From: Mobula hypostoma
Lineage: Eukaryota
Direction of reading: 5' to 3'
DNA: 64,000 nt
Assembly (NCBI RefSeq): GCF_963921235.1
Contig: NC_086108.1
Location: 91,886,001-91,950,000, forward strand
The notes under the pieces were generated by a model. The model saw only the letters and a program-made list of their open reading frames with translations. It was not told the DNA's origin and searched no databases. Of the stretch, positions 1-12,365 are shown in pieces. Each line of letters opens with the position of its first letter. Within the stretch, counting starts at the first letter, position 1. The position numbers and the translations under genes are program-made.

Positions 1-217
1 AAACCGGCATAAGCACCAGCCTGATGGGCCACAAGGCTTGTGACAGACTTTAATCTATAAAAAAAATGCTTGCATACCTAGGCAGCTAAGACATAATATC
101 CAAGGTCAACTCTGACCCACAGAGGCCCTCACTCACTGTGAGAACATTCCGATATTCCACCAAAAACACCCTGAGCTGTCTATAGACACAAAGCCCAGGT
201 TTAATGTAAGGAATAGG

Positions 218-1040
218 ATATTTCAATTTAATGTCAGAGAAATGTATACAATATACATGCTGAAATTCTTTTTCCATCGCAAACATCCATGAAAACAGTG
301 GAATGAATAACAGTTGAAGTTGGAACCCCAAAGCCCTCTCCAGCTCCTCCCTCCCATGCACAAGCAGCAGCAAGGCACGAACCCCTCCCACCAGCAAAAA
401 GCATCAGCGCCCTCCACCGAGCACTCAAGTGTGCAGCCAGCATCAATAAAGGAACAGACTTGCAGTATCACAATGACTCCTTGTTCACCTGGTAATTTCA
501 CATATCATAGGCTCTCTCTTTCCCTAATAAGGAAAAAAGAGGTGTCCCCATTTCACAGCAAAAGGGGAGACATAACAAACAACTTGATGATTTACCATGT
601 TAAACATCTGTTGCATCCCTTTTTCCAAGCTCTGTGCCCAGAGAGATGGCCCCAGAAAGGCGCAGATCTCTGGACACACAACCCACGGCAGCTAACCCAC
701 GACCCCCAATGCTGCATGTTCTCCCACGATGCCTCAGTCAGGGGCACCGGCCTAGAATCAGCACATCTCCAGAGCCATGAAAATCCAGAACCCTGAAGGT
801 GCACTAGTCTTCCATGCTGTGTCCCTGGGATATCAAAAAGTGGCTGGTCATGAGGCTCTGACAGCAGGTCCCATTCCTGCAAAGAATCGCAGTCAGGGTG
901 TAACTCAAGGTCAGGGTCCTCAAAAGAACCCTGAAAAGGAAAAAAAAAAAGAAGTATCAAAGATAGAAATAGAGCTGTTTCCGAAGATGCAAACAAAGGA
1001 GTCGCTGTTTAGTGCCATCTTGACTTTGTTCCGCCCTCCG
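218..1040 (-). mobile_element. Non-autonomous LINE-derived retroposon (non-coding)
   Basis: The minus strand starts with a LINE-like head (GGCGGAACAAAGTCAAGATGGC). It ends in the 3' motif AAGAATTTCAG..GTATATTGTATACA, related to repeat tails near 23330 and 50450. The overlapping ORFs show no recognisable domain. Confidence 0.45.
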
Positions 1041-1064
1041 ATTAGTATTTAGTAGGAATCTGAG

Positions 1065-1300
1065 TAAAAATTATTTTCATCCAGCAGGTGGTGGAATTTG
1101 GAATGAACTGCCACAATGGTTGGTGAAGGCAAATGCTCTCACAACGTTACAAGGTATCTAGATGAGCATTTGAGTCATCATGGGATTAGAAGTCAATGGG
1201 CCAAGTGCTGATAAATAAGATTAACATGGCTAAATACCTGATATTTGACATAACACAAAGAGTCAAAGGACCTACATCTATGCTGAATGAATCTATGATC
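1065..1300 (+). mobile_element. Old CR1 LINE 3' end fragment
   Basis: GTGGTGGAATTTGGAATGAACTGCC...GTGAAGGC matches the CR1 ORF2 end seen in other copies here (e.g. 7430-7500, 55730-55800). Confidence 0.6.
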
Positions 1301-1384
1301 TACAGTAAAATATCTCATCAATAAACAATTTGTTCATTTGATCAATGAGAGAGTGAGACATGCATAGGTACAATACAGCAAATG

Positions 1385-2120
1385 GATCAGAATCAGATTT
1401 AGGTTTAATATCACTGGCATATGTTGTGAAATTTGTTGTTTTATGGCAGTAGTACAATGAAATACATAATAATATAAAAAGGAGAGAGAGAGAGAGAGAG
1501 ACAGAAGAGATTAAATTAAATTGGTACTGCAGAAAAAGAGCAACAAAATAGAAAAATAAAGAGGTAAGGCGCAGTACGTGGGCTCATTGTCTATCGTCTA
1601 AACTTGATGACGGAGGGGAAGAAACTGTTTCTGAATCATTGAGTGTGTGTCTACAGGCTCTTGTACCTCCTCCCTAATGGTAGCAATGAGAAGAGGGCAT
1701 GCCCTGGGTGATGGGGGTCTTTAATAATGGATGCTGCCTTTTTGGCTTGTCCTCCATCCTGGGAAGGCTGGTGCCCATGATGGAGCTGGCTGAGTTCACA
1801 ACTTTCTACAACTTTTCCTGATCTGTACAGTGGCCCCTCCATAACAGATGGTGATGCAACCAGTTAGAATGCTCTGCATGGCCCATCTGTAGAAATCTGT
1901 AAGAGTCATTGATGACATACCAAATCTTCTCCAACTCATAGTGAAATATGTGTGCCTTCTTTGCAATTGCATCAATATGTTGAGCCCAGGATATATCTTC
2001 AGAGATGTTGACACACAGGAACTTGAAACTGCTCACCCTTTCTACTGTTTTATCCCTTATTGATTACTGGTGTGTGTTCCCTCAACTTCCTCTTTCTGAA
2101 CATCCACAATCAATGCCTTG
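1385..2120 (-). mobile_element. Rex1/Babar-type LINE, 3' fragment (decayed RT C-terminus)
   Basis: Frameshifted peptides SSFKFLCVNISEDISWAQHIDAIAKKA, SILTGCITICYG and AASIIKDPHHPGHALFSLLPLGRRYKSL are typical of this clade's RT C-terminus. It has an (ATTCTG)n-like tail near 1385-1400 and an internal (GA)n at 1482-1500. Confidence 0.75.
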
Positions 2121-2165
2121 GTTTAACTGACAGCAGTATATTGCAATACATAATAGTATAAAACC

Positions 2166-2757
2166 GCCAGAGAAAGCAGGATCTCCCAGTGGCCACACAT
2201 TTTAATTCCACGTCCCATTCCCATTCTGATATGTTTATCCACAGCCTCCTCCACTGTAAAGATGAAGCCACACTCAGGTTGGAGGAATAACACCTTATGT
2301 TCCATCTGGGTAGCTTCCAACCTGATGGCATGAACATTGGCTTCTCTAACTTCCACTAATGCCCCACCTCCCCCTCGTACCCCATCCGTTATTTATATAC
2401 ACACATTCTTTTTCTCTCTCTCCTTTTTCTCCCTCTGTCCCTCTCACTAAACCCCTTGCCCATCCTCTGGGTTCCCCCCCCCCACTCCCCCCTTTTCTTT
2501 CTCCCTGGGCCTCCTGTTCCCATGATCCTTTCATATCCCATTTGCCAATCAACTGTCCAGCTCTTGGCTCCATCCCTCTGCCTCCTGTCTTCTCTTATCA
2601 TTTTGGATCTCCCCCTCTCCCTCCCACTTTCAAATCTCTTACTAGCTCTTCTTTCAGTTAGTCCTGACGAAGGGTCTCGGCCCGAAACGTCAACTGTACC
2701 TCTTCCCAGAGATGCTGACTGGCCTGCTGCGTTCACCAGCAACTTTTATGTGTGTTG
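2166..2757 (+). mobile_element. Penelope-like element (PLE), 3' part: GIY-YIG C-terminus plus pseudo-LTR
   Basis: The plus frame reads QDLPVATHFNSTSHSHSDMFIHSLLHCKDEATLRLEE*HLMFHLGSFQPDGMNI, followed by a pyrimidine-rich pLTR with a hammerhead motif. Flanked by a direct repeat ATAGTATAAAA(A)CC at 2153-2165 and 2758-2771. Confidence 0.85.
2660..2695 (+). ncRNA. Minimal type I hammerhead ribozyme motif in PLE pLTR
   Basis: AGTC CTGACGA AGGGTCTCGGCCC GAAAC GTC AACT contains the catalytic boxes CUGANGA and GAAA, stem II GGGU/GCCC and a GUC cleavage triplet. Stem I has one mismatch. Confidence 0.75.
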
Positions 2758-2929
2758 ATAGTATAAAAACCATATTTTTTCCACATAATCCTTGAGTTTC
2801 AATGGTTTGACCACAGTAAGTGATGCTTGGCTTAAAGAACTTAAACTTGTGTCAAGCTCTGAGCCTATAAACCTCTACTTTTTTAACACTGCCTTGAGAA
2901 TTGGAGCTGTTCGTTGTCATCCTTACCAG

Positions 2930-5900
2930 TAAAATTAATGCCATCCAGGTAATACCGGGTGCCTGGACAGCCTTGCAGCTTTCTGCCAGAGTGGTGGTGC
3001 AGAGGCTACTCCATAAATAAACTAATTATAATGATAAAGCTCTTTGCGAGTGTTTATGATGAGAAACACTTTGGACTCTTCTTCCATCTCCATCTGTAGG
3101 TAGGTCTCAGCTAAGTCCACTTTGTTGAAATGTTCCCCTCCAGAAAGGTTTCCAAAGATAGCCTCAAAATTGGGCAGAGGGTATTGATCTACTTTCAGCA
3201 CTGGGTTGACAAAACCACCACAGATCTTAACGGACACATTCTTCTTAACTAATGTAACCACTGGCGTTACCCATGGGCTGCACACAATCTTGGAACTTTA
3301 TCACAGATGGTATAGGGAACCTGATGGGCTTTGTAATATTTGTGTGTGGCATTTTCATGTAACATGATTTTACCTGTGATAAGTCTGAGTTTTCCATTGC
3401 CATCCTTGAACTCTGCTGTGGCATCAGCCAGTACCTTTCTTAATTCACTTTTAGTTGACTCAGTTGCAAGGGATATAGCAAGTGGATGGATCTCCAATCA
3501 GGTTGTATTTGTCTCAGCCAATCATAACCCCACAAGGCTGGTCCTCCTGTTTTTTTTTAAAATCACAAACAAGCACAATGTGGTACCTTGGTGGTTGTGT
3601 TTCACTGTTATGAATGTCATTCCCACAGGAGTTACCTTTTCTCCAGTACAAGTTCTTTGCTGGATATTTGTAGGCTTCAGTTCCATATCTTTGAAATGCT
3701 GTTCAAATTCATTTTGTGGAATGACTGAAACAGCCGAGCCAGTGTCCAATTCCATTTTAATTAATTTGCCATTCACTTCTGGTGTAAGACATATTGCTTG
3801 CCTCCTGTTAGTTTTCATATTATAAGTCTTAAGGCTACTCAGTCGTGCGCCACTCTCATCATTACCAGATTTTTCATCAACAATATGCAGATTAGTGTTC
3901 TTATTGAAAGAGCAACTTGAATTTTTCTCTTCCCTGTGTAGTCCATTTATTTTTGTCTTCCCAACATGCTTTTTGTAAGTGTCCTACTTTGTTACATTTT
4001 TCTGCAAGTTTCACCTTTAAACCTGCATTGGACTGGTGTATGTGAGCACCTGCGACAACTATAATATAATTTATTCCGCTGGGCATATTTCTGTTTAGAC
4101 ATTGCAATTTTGTTCATGTTCATTTTCATTCCTGACTGCAACTCAATTGTGTCTCTGACTGCCATTTCCAATGAAACATTGATTTCAATTGCTCTTTTAA
4201 ATGTGATTTGTGCTTTAGTTAGGAGCTGTTTTTTGAATACTTTCTTGTAAGATTCCACAAACTAAATGATCTGAATCCAATCACTGAACTGAATGCTTGG
4301 ACAATTCTTCAGCTCATCCACATAAGCTGAAAGGGACTCCATTTCCTTTTGATTCCACTTACAAAAACTAATGTGTTCTGCAAACAACAACGGTTTTGGT
4401 TCTAAACGTTCCTGCATTACTTTCACAATATCAGCAAAACTCATTTTGGCTGGGTTGGTAGGAGCAGTCAAACTTCTAAGCAAACTGTATGCCTTTCCAC
4501 CCGATGCATTCAGCAAACTGGAGCTCGCTTTTCATTGGCTATTTCACTTCCTTCAAAGTATGGCTCAATTCACTCAGTATACAATATCCAGTTATCTCTT
4601 AGGCAATTGAATGCTTTTATCCTTCCAGCGAAGCCAGACATTTCTGCTTTTTTTTTAAATTTGTTATTATTATTACCTGTTATTCTCTGTTTATGAACCC
4701 ATGAATTTAATCTGTTTTCAACATTTCTTTCAACTCAAACATCTCACTGCGCTTCCAAACTCAAATTTCGTTAGCAATATTACTGTGTTGATGTGAAGAG
4801 CAATATAAATCATTAGGAGAGTCATCTAAAGTCTGCTCGCATTGGGGTTATATATTCAATCCATTTATTCCAGATTTGATAAAATGTTTCTTTTAGAGTT
4901 CTCAGGGAGTAGGTCAACTTTTCCATTTTAAATATTTCCAAGATAATTTCGTACCAATCTTCTAATGTAGGTGGTATTGGATTTAGCCATTTTCTAGTGA
5001 TTGATTTCTTACTTGCCGCTAAGAGGGCCTGCAGCAACTTTATATCTTCCTTCTGTTCAAGGAACAATACATGCCCCAAATAGAGCGTCTCAAAGTTCAG
5101 AGGTATCTGGGACCTAAGTACCTTAGCTAATGTTCTATGAATACCTTCCCAAAATAGACTTAATTTAGGGCAATCCCAGAAAATATGAATTTAATAATGC
5201 TTGGATAAATCTTACATTAAAAGTATGGCAGAAGGTGGTTAATTCATGTGGAATTAATAACATGCTAAAACTCTTTAGATGGTGTGCATATGATACCGAA
5301 TTCCTTCCCAACAGAGGAGATAAAAGATTTGAGCTATGGATAAAGAAAGGTCTTACAACCTACCTCTCATTTATAGATAAAAGAGTATTACAAAGTTTCC
5401 AAATCCTGCAGGACAAACATGGCCTAGAACATAATGACTTTTTTAGGTACCTTCAAACACGAAACTATGTTAACCAGAGTTGTAGATATACAGACCTATC
5501 AACAGTAGAATTAGAATATTTCAAGATTCTGAATTCGGCTTGCAGTTCAATACCTAGTAAATCAATTTCTCGCCTATATAATGCACTCTCCCATGCTAAA
5601 AATGTAAATACACTGTATATTAAAGAGAAGTGGGAGAAAGAAGCGGGGTTGGTACTTTCAGGGGAGGCTTGGGGGAAAATCTGCAGCTTTCAATGGTCCT
5701 CGACTAATTCTTTGACTTGGAGAGAACATTGTTGGAAAAACATTATAAGATACTTCAAGACCCCATATCAGGAAAAATATAAAGATACAAATGTGATGTG
5801 TTGGAGAAGGTGCGGCTCTAAGGAGCCAAACTCAAATTTCAACACACCTCTGACTCGTTTAAAACTTTCTCATCACCTCTGTCAAGTGCTGTAACTTCAA

Positions 5901-6117
5901 AACATAAAACGAATCAAAAGTAAAGCTCAGAGCCAGGAATAACATGTCTACCTCATTTTTACTTTTAGTGAGGTGTGCTCTTATGATGTGGTGAAGTAAT
6001 GACATATGCCATTCATGTACTTTTACATATAACCCACAATGAATTATCTAAAAAAACTAAAAATGATTAAACAATATTTACAATATTACTCAAATATTAC
6101 TGAAATATTAATACACA
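2930..6117 (-). mobile_element. Decayed Ty3/Gypsy LTR retrotransposon (5' LTR, gag, protease, start of RT), 3' part missing, interrupted by an L1
   Basis: Gag fragments at 4262-4641 and 3901-4258 include a frameshifted CCHC knuckle (CRK/CNKVGHLQKAC). Protease motif MELDTGSAVSVIP lies in 3522-3818 and RT start SPWVTPVV..KICG..VDQYPLP..FNKVDL in 3022-3285. The LTR is ~5880-6117 (TG...CA), with a decayed TGGCGACGAG-like PBS at 5869-5878. Confidence 0.85.
4770..5825 (-). mobile_element. L1/Tx1-clade LINE, 5'-truncated with 5' inversion
   Basis: The minus strand (4822-5189) encodes the ORF2 C-terminus FHIFWDCPKL...WNKWIEYITPMRADFR*. The plus strand (5190-5825) encodes the immediately upstream ORF2 segment ending CWRRCGSKE. 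Perfect TSD CCAAACTCAAATTTC at 4755-4769 and 5826-5840. Confidence 0.9.
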
Positions 6118-6619
6118 ATTGGCACAGGTTTTCAGTGTTCTACCTTGTACACCATCAGGATATGACATTCATCCCAGACAGAGATCACAGAGTCCCCAGA
6201 TGATGCAAGGAATTACAAAGGTGTAGTTTTATTCTACCTTTCAAAGCAAGCACAAAAGGCATCAAGGTCATTTGAGAGTAAAGCACCACAAATATTCCTG
6301 ATGTTAGGTTTCGACATAGTATGCAATTCTCTGCAAACCCTGCCAGAGCTGACATGTATCCAATTCTGTCTCTAACTTTGATCAGAATTGTTATTTCGCT
6401 CTTAAAATAGCCTTCCATAGGTTATACCTAGACTTTTGTATAGTTCTGGATCACAGGTCTTAAATGCCACAGATCTAGCTCTCAGCAGGTTACAAATCTG
6501 ACAATATCAGATGGGAAGCCTACCAAGACATACTGAGATTGAATCATTGACATAAAACATAGGAGGAAAGACAGCGCCGAGTCTCAGAATAATAGAACAG
6601 GCATGAAGGGTTGAATGAT

Positions 6620-6751
6620 AAACACAAGAGATTCTGCAGATGCTGAAAATCCAGAGCAACACACAAAATGCTTCAGGAACTCGGCAGGTCAGGCAGTATC
6701 CATGGAAATGAACAATGAATGTTTCAGCCTGAGGCCCTTCTTCAGGACTCA
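6620..6751 (-). mobile_element. Short PLE-derived insert with decayed hammerhead
   Basis: Homologous to the pLTR end, with AGTCCTGAAGA...GAAAC on the minus strand. TSD GTTGAATGAT at 6610-6619 and 6752-6761. Confidence 0.75.
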
Positions 6752-7344
6752 GTTGAATGATCCATTTTTGGCTTTATTTTCCTGTATTCTATGAAAGGAC
6801 ATGGAAATAAATTTAAATGGATAACTTCATTAAAACAGAAACATCGGCAGATATACAACTTTGTCCTATGTGTTCACTGAATTGAACGGTATTTAATAGC
6901 ATTGCTCATTAAATGTTCAGTTTTTTTTTGAAACGAGCCATTCTAGTTGATTAACATAGCTTCAAAAAAAATTAAACAATTAAAAGGAACTTAAGGTTCA
7001 ACCAGCCCTATAAATTTTATAAACTTACAGTAGAAACAAATAAAAAGTTAGAACAACAAAAACTCATACATTTACCTTTGATCATCCACCTTTATTCCTG
7101 TGTCAAGGAATGATAACAATCTTAAGGATATTTCATAGGGCAATATGTGAACTAACTGGATACACTAGCACAAAGCCAAAATGGCATTCAAGAAGTTCAT
7201 TTTAAAATATTTTAGGATGACTCTTACGAGCAATGACCTACAAAGAATATCTCAATTCTGCCCTCAATTTTATCTGCACAAAGAAAACACTGACCATGAA
7301 ATGATGTAAAATGCAATAAGACATAACAGTAAAATTAGGCCATT

Positions 7345-7665
7345 CAGCAGATCGAGTATACACTAGGACTGAGGGCACAGCCTCAGATTACAAGGATATC
7401 CTTTCAGAACAGGGATGAGGAGGAATTTCTTTAGCCAGAGGGTTGTAAATCTGTGGAGTTTGTTGCCACAGACAGCCATGGAGGCCAGGTTATTGGGCAT
7501 ATTTAAAGTGGTGATTGATAGACTCTTGATTAGTAAGGGGTTAAATGTTATATGGAGAAGGCTAGAGAATAGGGTTGAGAGGAATAACAAATCAACCATC
7601 ATGGAATGGCGGAGCAAACTAGATGGTCCAAGCGGCTTAATTTTACTCCTATACCTTATGGTTTT
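7345..7665 (+). mobile_element. CR1 LINE 3' end
   Basis: ORF 7415-7690 reads MRRNFFSQRVVNLWSLLPQTAMEA (CR1 ORF2 end), followed by a CTTATGG-type tail. Confidence 0.8.
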
Positions 7666-7789
7666 ATGCCAAAGAGGTGCTGATTGGTAGGTTAATTAGG
7701 CACTGTAAATTGTCATTAGTGTTTTGGTGAGTAGCAGGAGAATCAGGCAGAGGGTTGTATGATGGGGATGCGAGTGGAGGAAATGCAAC

Positions 7790-9050
7790 CATGAGAGATG
7801 CCACTTTCCTCCTCTCTCACAACCATCGAGGAGCCAAAACAGTCCTTTTAGGTCAGGAAAAGATACACATGGATATCCCCCAACTTTCTCTACTGCAACC
7901 AGTGCTCTCGATATATCCTCCTCTACATCAGCAAGACCAAGCACAGGCTAAGTAATCACACTGCTGAACACAGTGGGCATACTGAGCTCCTAGCTGTATG
8001 CCCATTCAACTGTCCGTCCCATTCCCACACCAACATGTCTGTCCCTGGCTTTCTCCATTGCCAGGGTGACGTCAAACGCAAACTGGAAGAACAAGACCTT
8101 ATACTGGGCCTGGTTAGTCTACACCCCAATGACACGAATGCTGAGTTTTCCATTTTCAGATAACCTGCACTCCCTGTGCTCCTGTTGGTGGGGTGGGAGG
8201 TGGGGGAGTGGTGGTTGTGGGGCGGGCACCATGGCAGCATTGTAGTTAGCATGACGCTATTACAGCTCAGGACATCGAAGATCGGAATTTATTTCTGATG
8301 CTGTCTGTAAGCAGTTTGTACAGCATTCCCCTGAGCTGCGTGGGTTTCCACTCAGTGCTCCGGTTATCACCTGCAGTCCAAAAACGTATGGGTTAGTAGG
8401 TTACTTGATCATTGTAAATTTCCCTGTGGTTAAGCTAGGGTTAACTAGGTGGCTTGTGGGCAGTGCGATTCATTGGGCCATAAGGGCCCTTTACCTCCAA
8501 ATAAAGAATAGAATTTTTTTTTTCCTTCTGATCTGCCGAGCTTCATCTGCTTATCATCCACAACACTTCTTGCTGGGTATCCTGTCCTCTCCTTCATCTG
8601 TCCATCAGTATGCCTTATTTGGTTCAACTCATCACAGTCCCCAATCAGATTCCAGCATTTGCAACCTTTTGTTTTCTTCTTTCACCTTCCAGCTTTTGTA
8701 TCTACCTTGCACCCACTCGTCTCCCTCCACTTGACTTTATGCAGCCCCTTTTTCCTCTCTTTCTTTCTTTATGTCTGTCTATCACTCAACACCCACTGTC
8801 TCTCTACTCCATCCCTCCCCCTCCCCCACATATCTCTAAAGCTCTCTCCTAACCATGTTCCACTAATTGCCCCCAGTCCCTGTCTCACCACTACTCTCAC
8901 ATCCAAGTACATACTAACTTCCCCCTACATTGTCAGGCAATTCAGGGTCATCGACTAACCCCAAGCCTCCACAGATGCTGCCTGACCCATTAAGTTCTTC
9001 CAGCAGTTTGATTTTTGCTCCTGATTCCAGCATCTGCATTCTTGTCTCAC
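7790..9050 (+). mobile_element. Old PLE copy (GIY-YIG region plus pLTR) interrupted by a SINE
   Basis: Decayed peptides YISKTKHRLSNHTAEH and FNCPSHSHTNMSVPGFLHCQGDVKRKLEEQDLIL, homologous to the 2166 and 40500-40800 copies. It has a pyrimidine tract and the pLTR end GATGCTGCCTGACC...TCCAGCATCTGCA near 8975-9040. Confidence 0.65.
8222..8500 (+). mobile_element. tRNA-derived V-SINE (HE1-like)
   Basis: tRNA-like head followed by the V-domain GCGTGGGTTTCC..GTGCTCCGGTT..CAGTCCAAA.ACGT..GGTTAGTAGG. Confidence 0.7.
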
Positions 9051-9373
9051 CAGAAATTCGTTCCTTCAGAAACGTTTTGCTTCTGGCACTGCACAGAACT
9101 TATTAGTTGGAAGGACATGCCAAAAACACACAATGAGTAGAGATTTCAGGCCTTGCCTCCTTCTCCAGAACATTTGTCTACCTAAGTCAAAAGAATCCAA
9201 ATCTCTATCTTTGATTCTCTGGTCAGAAACCAAGAAAAACTCCATAGTGTCTTTATGGAGTTTACAAAATAGTATTCAAAAATGTGGCATAATTGAAGTT
9301 AAACTAATGCAACCTTTCCCCCCCTTTTAATCTATTAACTCCTTTTCCATAATGCTAATTCAAGTTAATATTA

Positions 9374-9530
9374 AACACGAGAGAGTCTGCAGATGCTGGA
9401 AATCCAAAGCAACACACGCACCATGCTGAAGGAACTCAGCCCGGTCAGGCAGCATCTATGGAAATGAATAAACAGTTGACAGGCCGAAACCCTTCGTCAG
9501 AACTGAGAATGAAGGGGGAAGACACCAGAA
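9374..9530 (-). mobile_element. Short PLE-derived insert; hammerhead lacks GAAAC
   Basis: pLTR-end homology. The minus strand reads GTTCTGACGAAGGGTTTCGGCCT-GTCAACTG. Confidence 0.7.
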
Positions 9531-11926
9531 TGTTTATGTTTTCTTAAAAATTTTATCTACACTGCTCTGAAAATGAGAGATCTGATTAATTCTCCAGATA
9601 GATTCTGTTCAGTACATCAGGTAAAATACATGCTGCATTATTACTGTGTTTTCCAAGGTACTTTAATTTTATCTTGTATATAGAAACTGATATAAATTAT
9701 AGCTGTTCAAAAAATAACATTCTGTATTTGAGTGTGACAGGTATACAGCTGCAAAAAAGAACAAAGTGGAGCTTGCTTATAAACCAGCATTACAATCCGA
9801 GATCACGATATAACTATTTTACTTCTGTGTGCAGGTGGTTTAAATGTAGGCAATCCAAAGTGACTTTGAACTGTGTAAAATGCTGAAAAGAAGAACATGA
9901 TTTTCATTACCATCTTTTGTGCAAAATGAGGGAAGGAAACATTGATTAAGAAGTGGCTTCAGAGTAACAAATATTTGATAAATATATCTATGTATGGTTG
10001 CTAGGATTATAGTTGCATAGAGACAACATTTCAAAAATAAATCTCATTGCAGAGCTGTGTGAAGGGCCGTCCTGCAGGAAATTAAGGTCGACCACCTTCT
10101 GTGAGCATTTACTTGTACAATTATCCAGAATCTATTAATATGATCATATTTACTTAAGTGTAGTCCCACCGACAAGGGCCAGCTGACCTGTAATTCTTTT
10201 CCCTACAAGAAATCCAGCCAGTGCTCCTTGAATGGCATTTTTTTTGCCTGTGGAGCCAGCCTGCTGGTGGACAGATTGTACAGTTCTCTTTTCTTCTCAG
10301 TGCCTTTCAGCTATCACAGGTTTCCATATGTGAGGTAATTATGTGCACTGAGGGAAAGAATGATGACATTGCTGTCATGTTGTGTACTGAGAAGGAGGCA
10401 GCCATTGTACAGCACAATTGCCCTACACGGTGATGGTTGACAAAGGAGAAAGGCATTTAATAAAAAGAAGCCCTTCGCTAGGTTAAAGCTAAATCTCTTC
10501 ACTGCCAACATGGCGAAATAAACAAAAATCTTTTTAATTTCATTGGAGTTTTATAAATGCATTTCAGGTAGTCAGACTCAAAATATGAATACGTCTCTAT
10601 GCCAGCTGCCAATAATAAGCATTTTAATTAACAAGGAGTTTTTTTGTTTATCTGTAACTGATTATGGAGACAATAGAGAATGTCTTAACAAATTCCATGT
10701 AACACTCAGGGGGTCTTTTATGAAACAACAGTGATCAAGAACAGCATATTAATGAATATTTCACCCTGTGTTGTTCACATAGTCACGCTAATTAGAATCA
10801 GTTATTGTCTCCACTGCTAAAGTGGCGTTTTAGACTACCTAGAAAATGAATCTCTTAATGTATTTCTCTGGGTGCAATGTGCTCATTATACTCCGGACCT
10901 ATAATATCCAGTGCTTCGATTGAAAGTCAACAATAGCATAGCTGAAAGGACACGCTTTTAAAAAACCTTATTTGAATAGTGAATATTACTTGCAACCTTC
11001 TAAATATGTTAATGCTTTCATTTTTTTTTTGAAAGTTATGGGGAATGAAACCAAGATCACCAATCAAAATGTTTAACCAATTGGCTTATTATATATAGCC
11101 TGTTGACTTGTTCTATATCCTGTCCATCTCCTGGACCACCATGAAATCAAAGTTCCAAGTAACCTTTATTATCAAAGTACAAACATGTCACCATAAACAA
11201 ACCAGAGATTCACTTTCCTGTGGGCATACTCAGCAAATCTATAGAATAGCAACTTTAACAGGATCAATGAAAAATCAAGTACAGTGCAGAAATCAACAAA
11301 CTGTGCAAGTGGAAATTATGAATAAATAGCAAAAAAAATAAGAACGTGAGATAATGAAGTAATGAGTTCTTGACATGCTTGAGGTGATTTTAAAACGTTC
11401 ATTGTTTAAAGGAAAGTTGCATGCTGCTGACTGTAGTGAAAGTAATTCAAAAGAAGCATACTTAAGAGGAATTTTGGAACAATTTTCTGTAGCCCACAGA
11501 AAGTCATCCCTCATTACTGGATCCATCTTGGCTGTTGTAATAGTTCGTATTGTGTCAATGTACAGTGGTATAATCAGTCGGGCACTAATACCATCTTAAT
11601 CTTTATCTAACTAACTCCCTATACCGTGTTGTACCCAATCTATTGTTTCAACTGCATTTCACTTTTATACTCCTTGTATCTGTAGACCAAAATATGATCT
11701 AACACATGCTTGTTATTTTGCGTAGGCAGAATATAGAATTTAAACTAACCCATTTCGTCCCTATGCCTCCAGCAATTTAAAAATTGCATGAAACTGCTGC
11801 TTGTCTTCAAAACTGGACAAATAGCAATCCTCCCCTTAACTCTTCCTTCTTTACTATTCTCCTACCTCCCCCATTACCACTTTAAAGAGCTAACCACCTG
11901 TACAAGTAAACTTTTAAAGGCATGGG

Positions 11927-12365
11927 TAACACGTATAAAATGCTGGAGGAACTCAGATGACCAAGCAGCATCTATGGGAAAGAATAAACAGTCAACATTT
12001 GGATTGAGGTCCTTCAATGGGGCAGGAAAGGAAAGGGGATGAAGCCAGAATAAGACAGAGGAGGGAGGGGGGAGAGGGAAAAGGGAGTGCAAGCCAGTAG
12101 GTAATAGGTGAAACCAGGTGAGCGGGAATGTAGGTGGATGGAGGAAAGGAAAATGAATTAAGAAGCTGGGAGGTGATAGTTGGAAGAGATAAAGAGCTGA
12201 AGAAACCTGATAGGCGAGGATAGTGAACCATGGAAGAACGGGAAGGAGAAGTTCCAGAAGGAGGTGATAGGCAGGAGGAGGAGTAAGAAAGGAGCCAGAA
12301 TGGGGAATGGAAAAGAGAGAAGAAGTGGGAAGAAATTACCGGAAGTTAGAGAAATCAACGTTCAA
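11927..12365 (-). mobile_element. PLE pLTR fragment
   Basis: AAAATGCTGGAGGAACTCAG...purine-rich tract...CCGGAAGTTAGAGAAATCAACGTTCA, homologous to other PLE copies. Confidence 0.75.

Noticed and set aside
314..1052. Overlapping ORFs of 90-160 aa
   Set aside because: No recognisable domain or splice structure, and they lie in a probable non-autonomous repeat.
2346..2758. Recurrent ORFs such as MLVNAAGQ..GRGTVDVSGRDPSSGLTERRASKRF and SVSPDEGSRPETSTVPLPRDA (also near 28750, 54550, 60130, 60650) as a repeated protein family
   Set aside because: These are translations of the non-coding PLE pLTR. The conserved PDEGSRPET string is the hammerhead core read as codons.
8185..8227. G-rich runs that could form G-quadruplexes (also ~17930-17970 and ~62535-62565)
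   Set aside because: Low-complexity tracts mostly at or within repeats, with no evidence of function.
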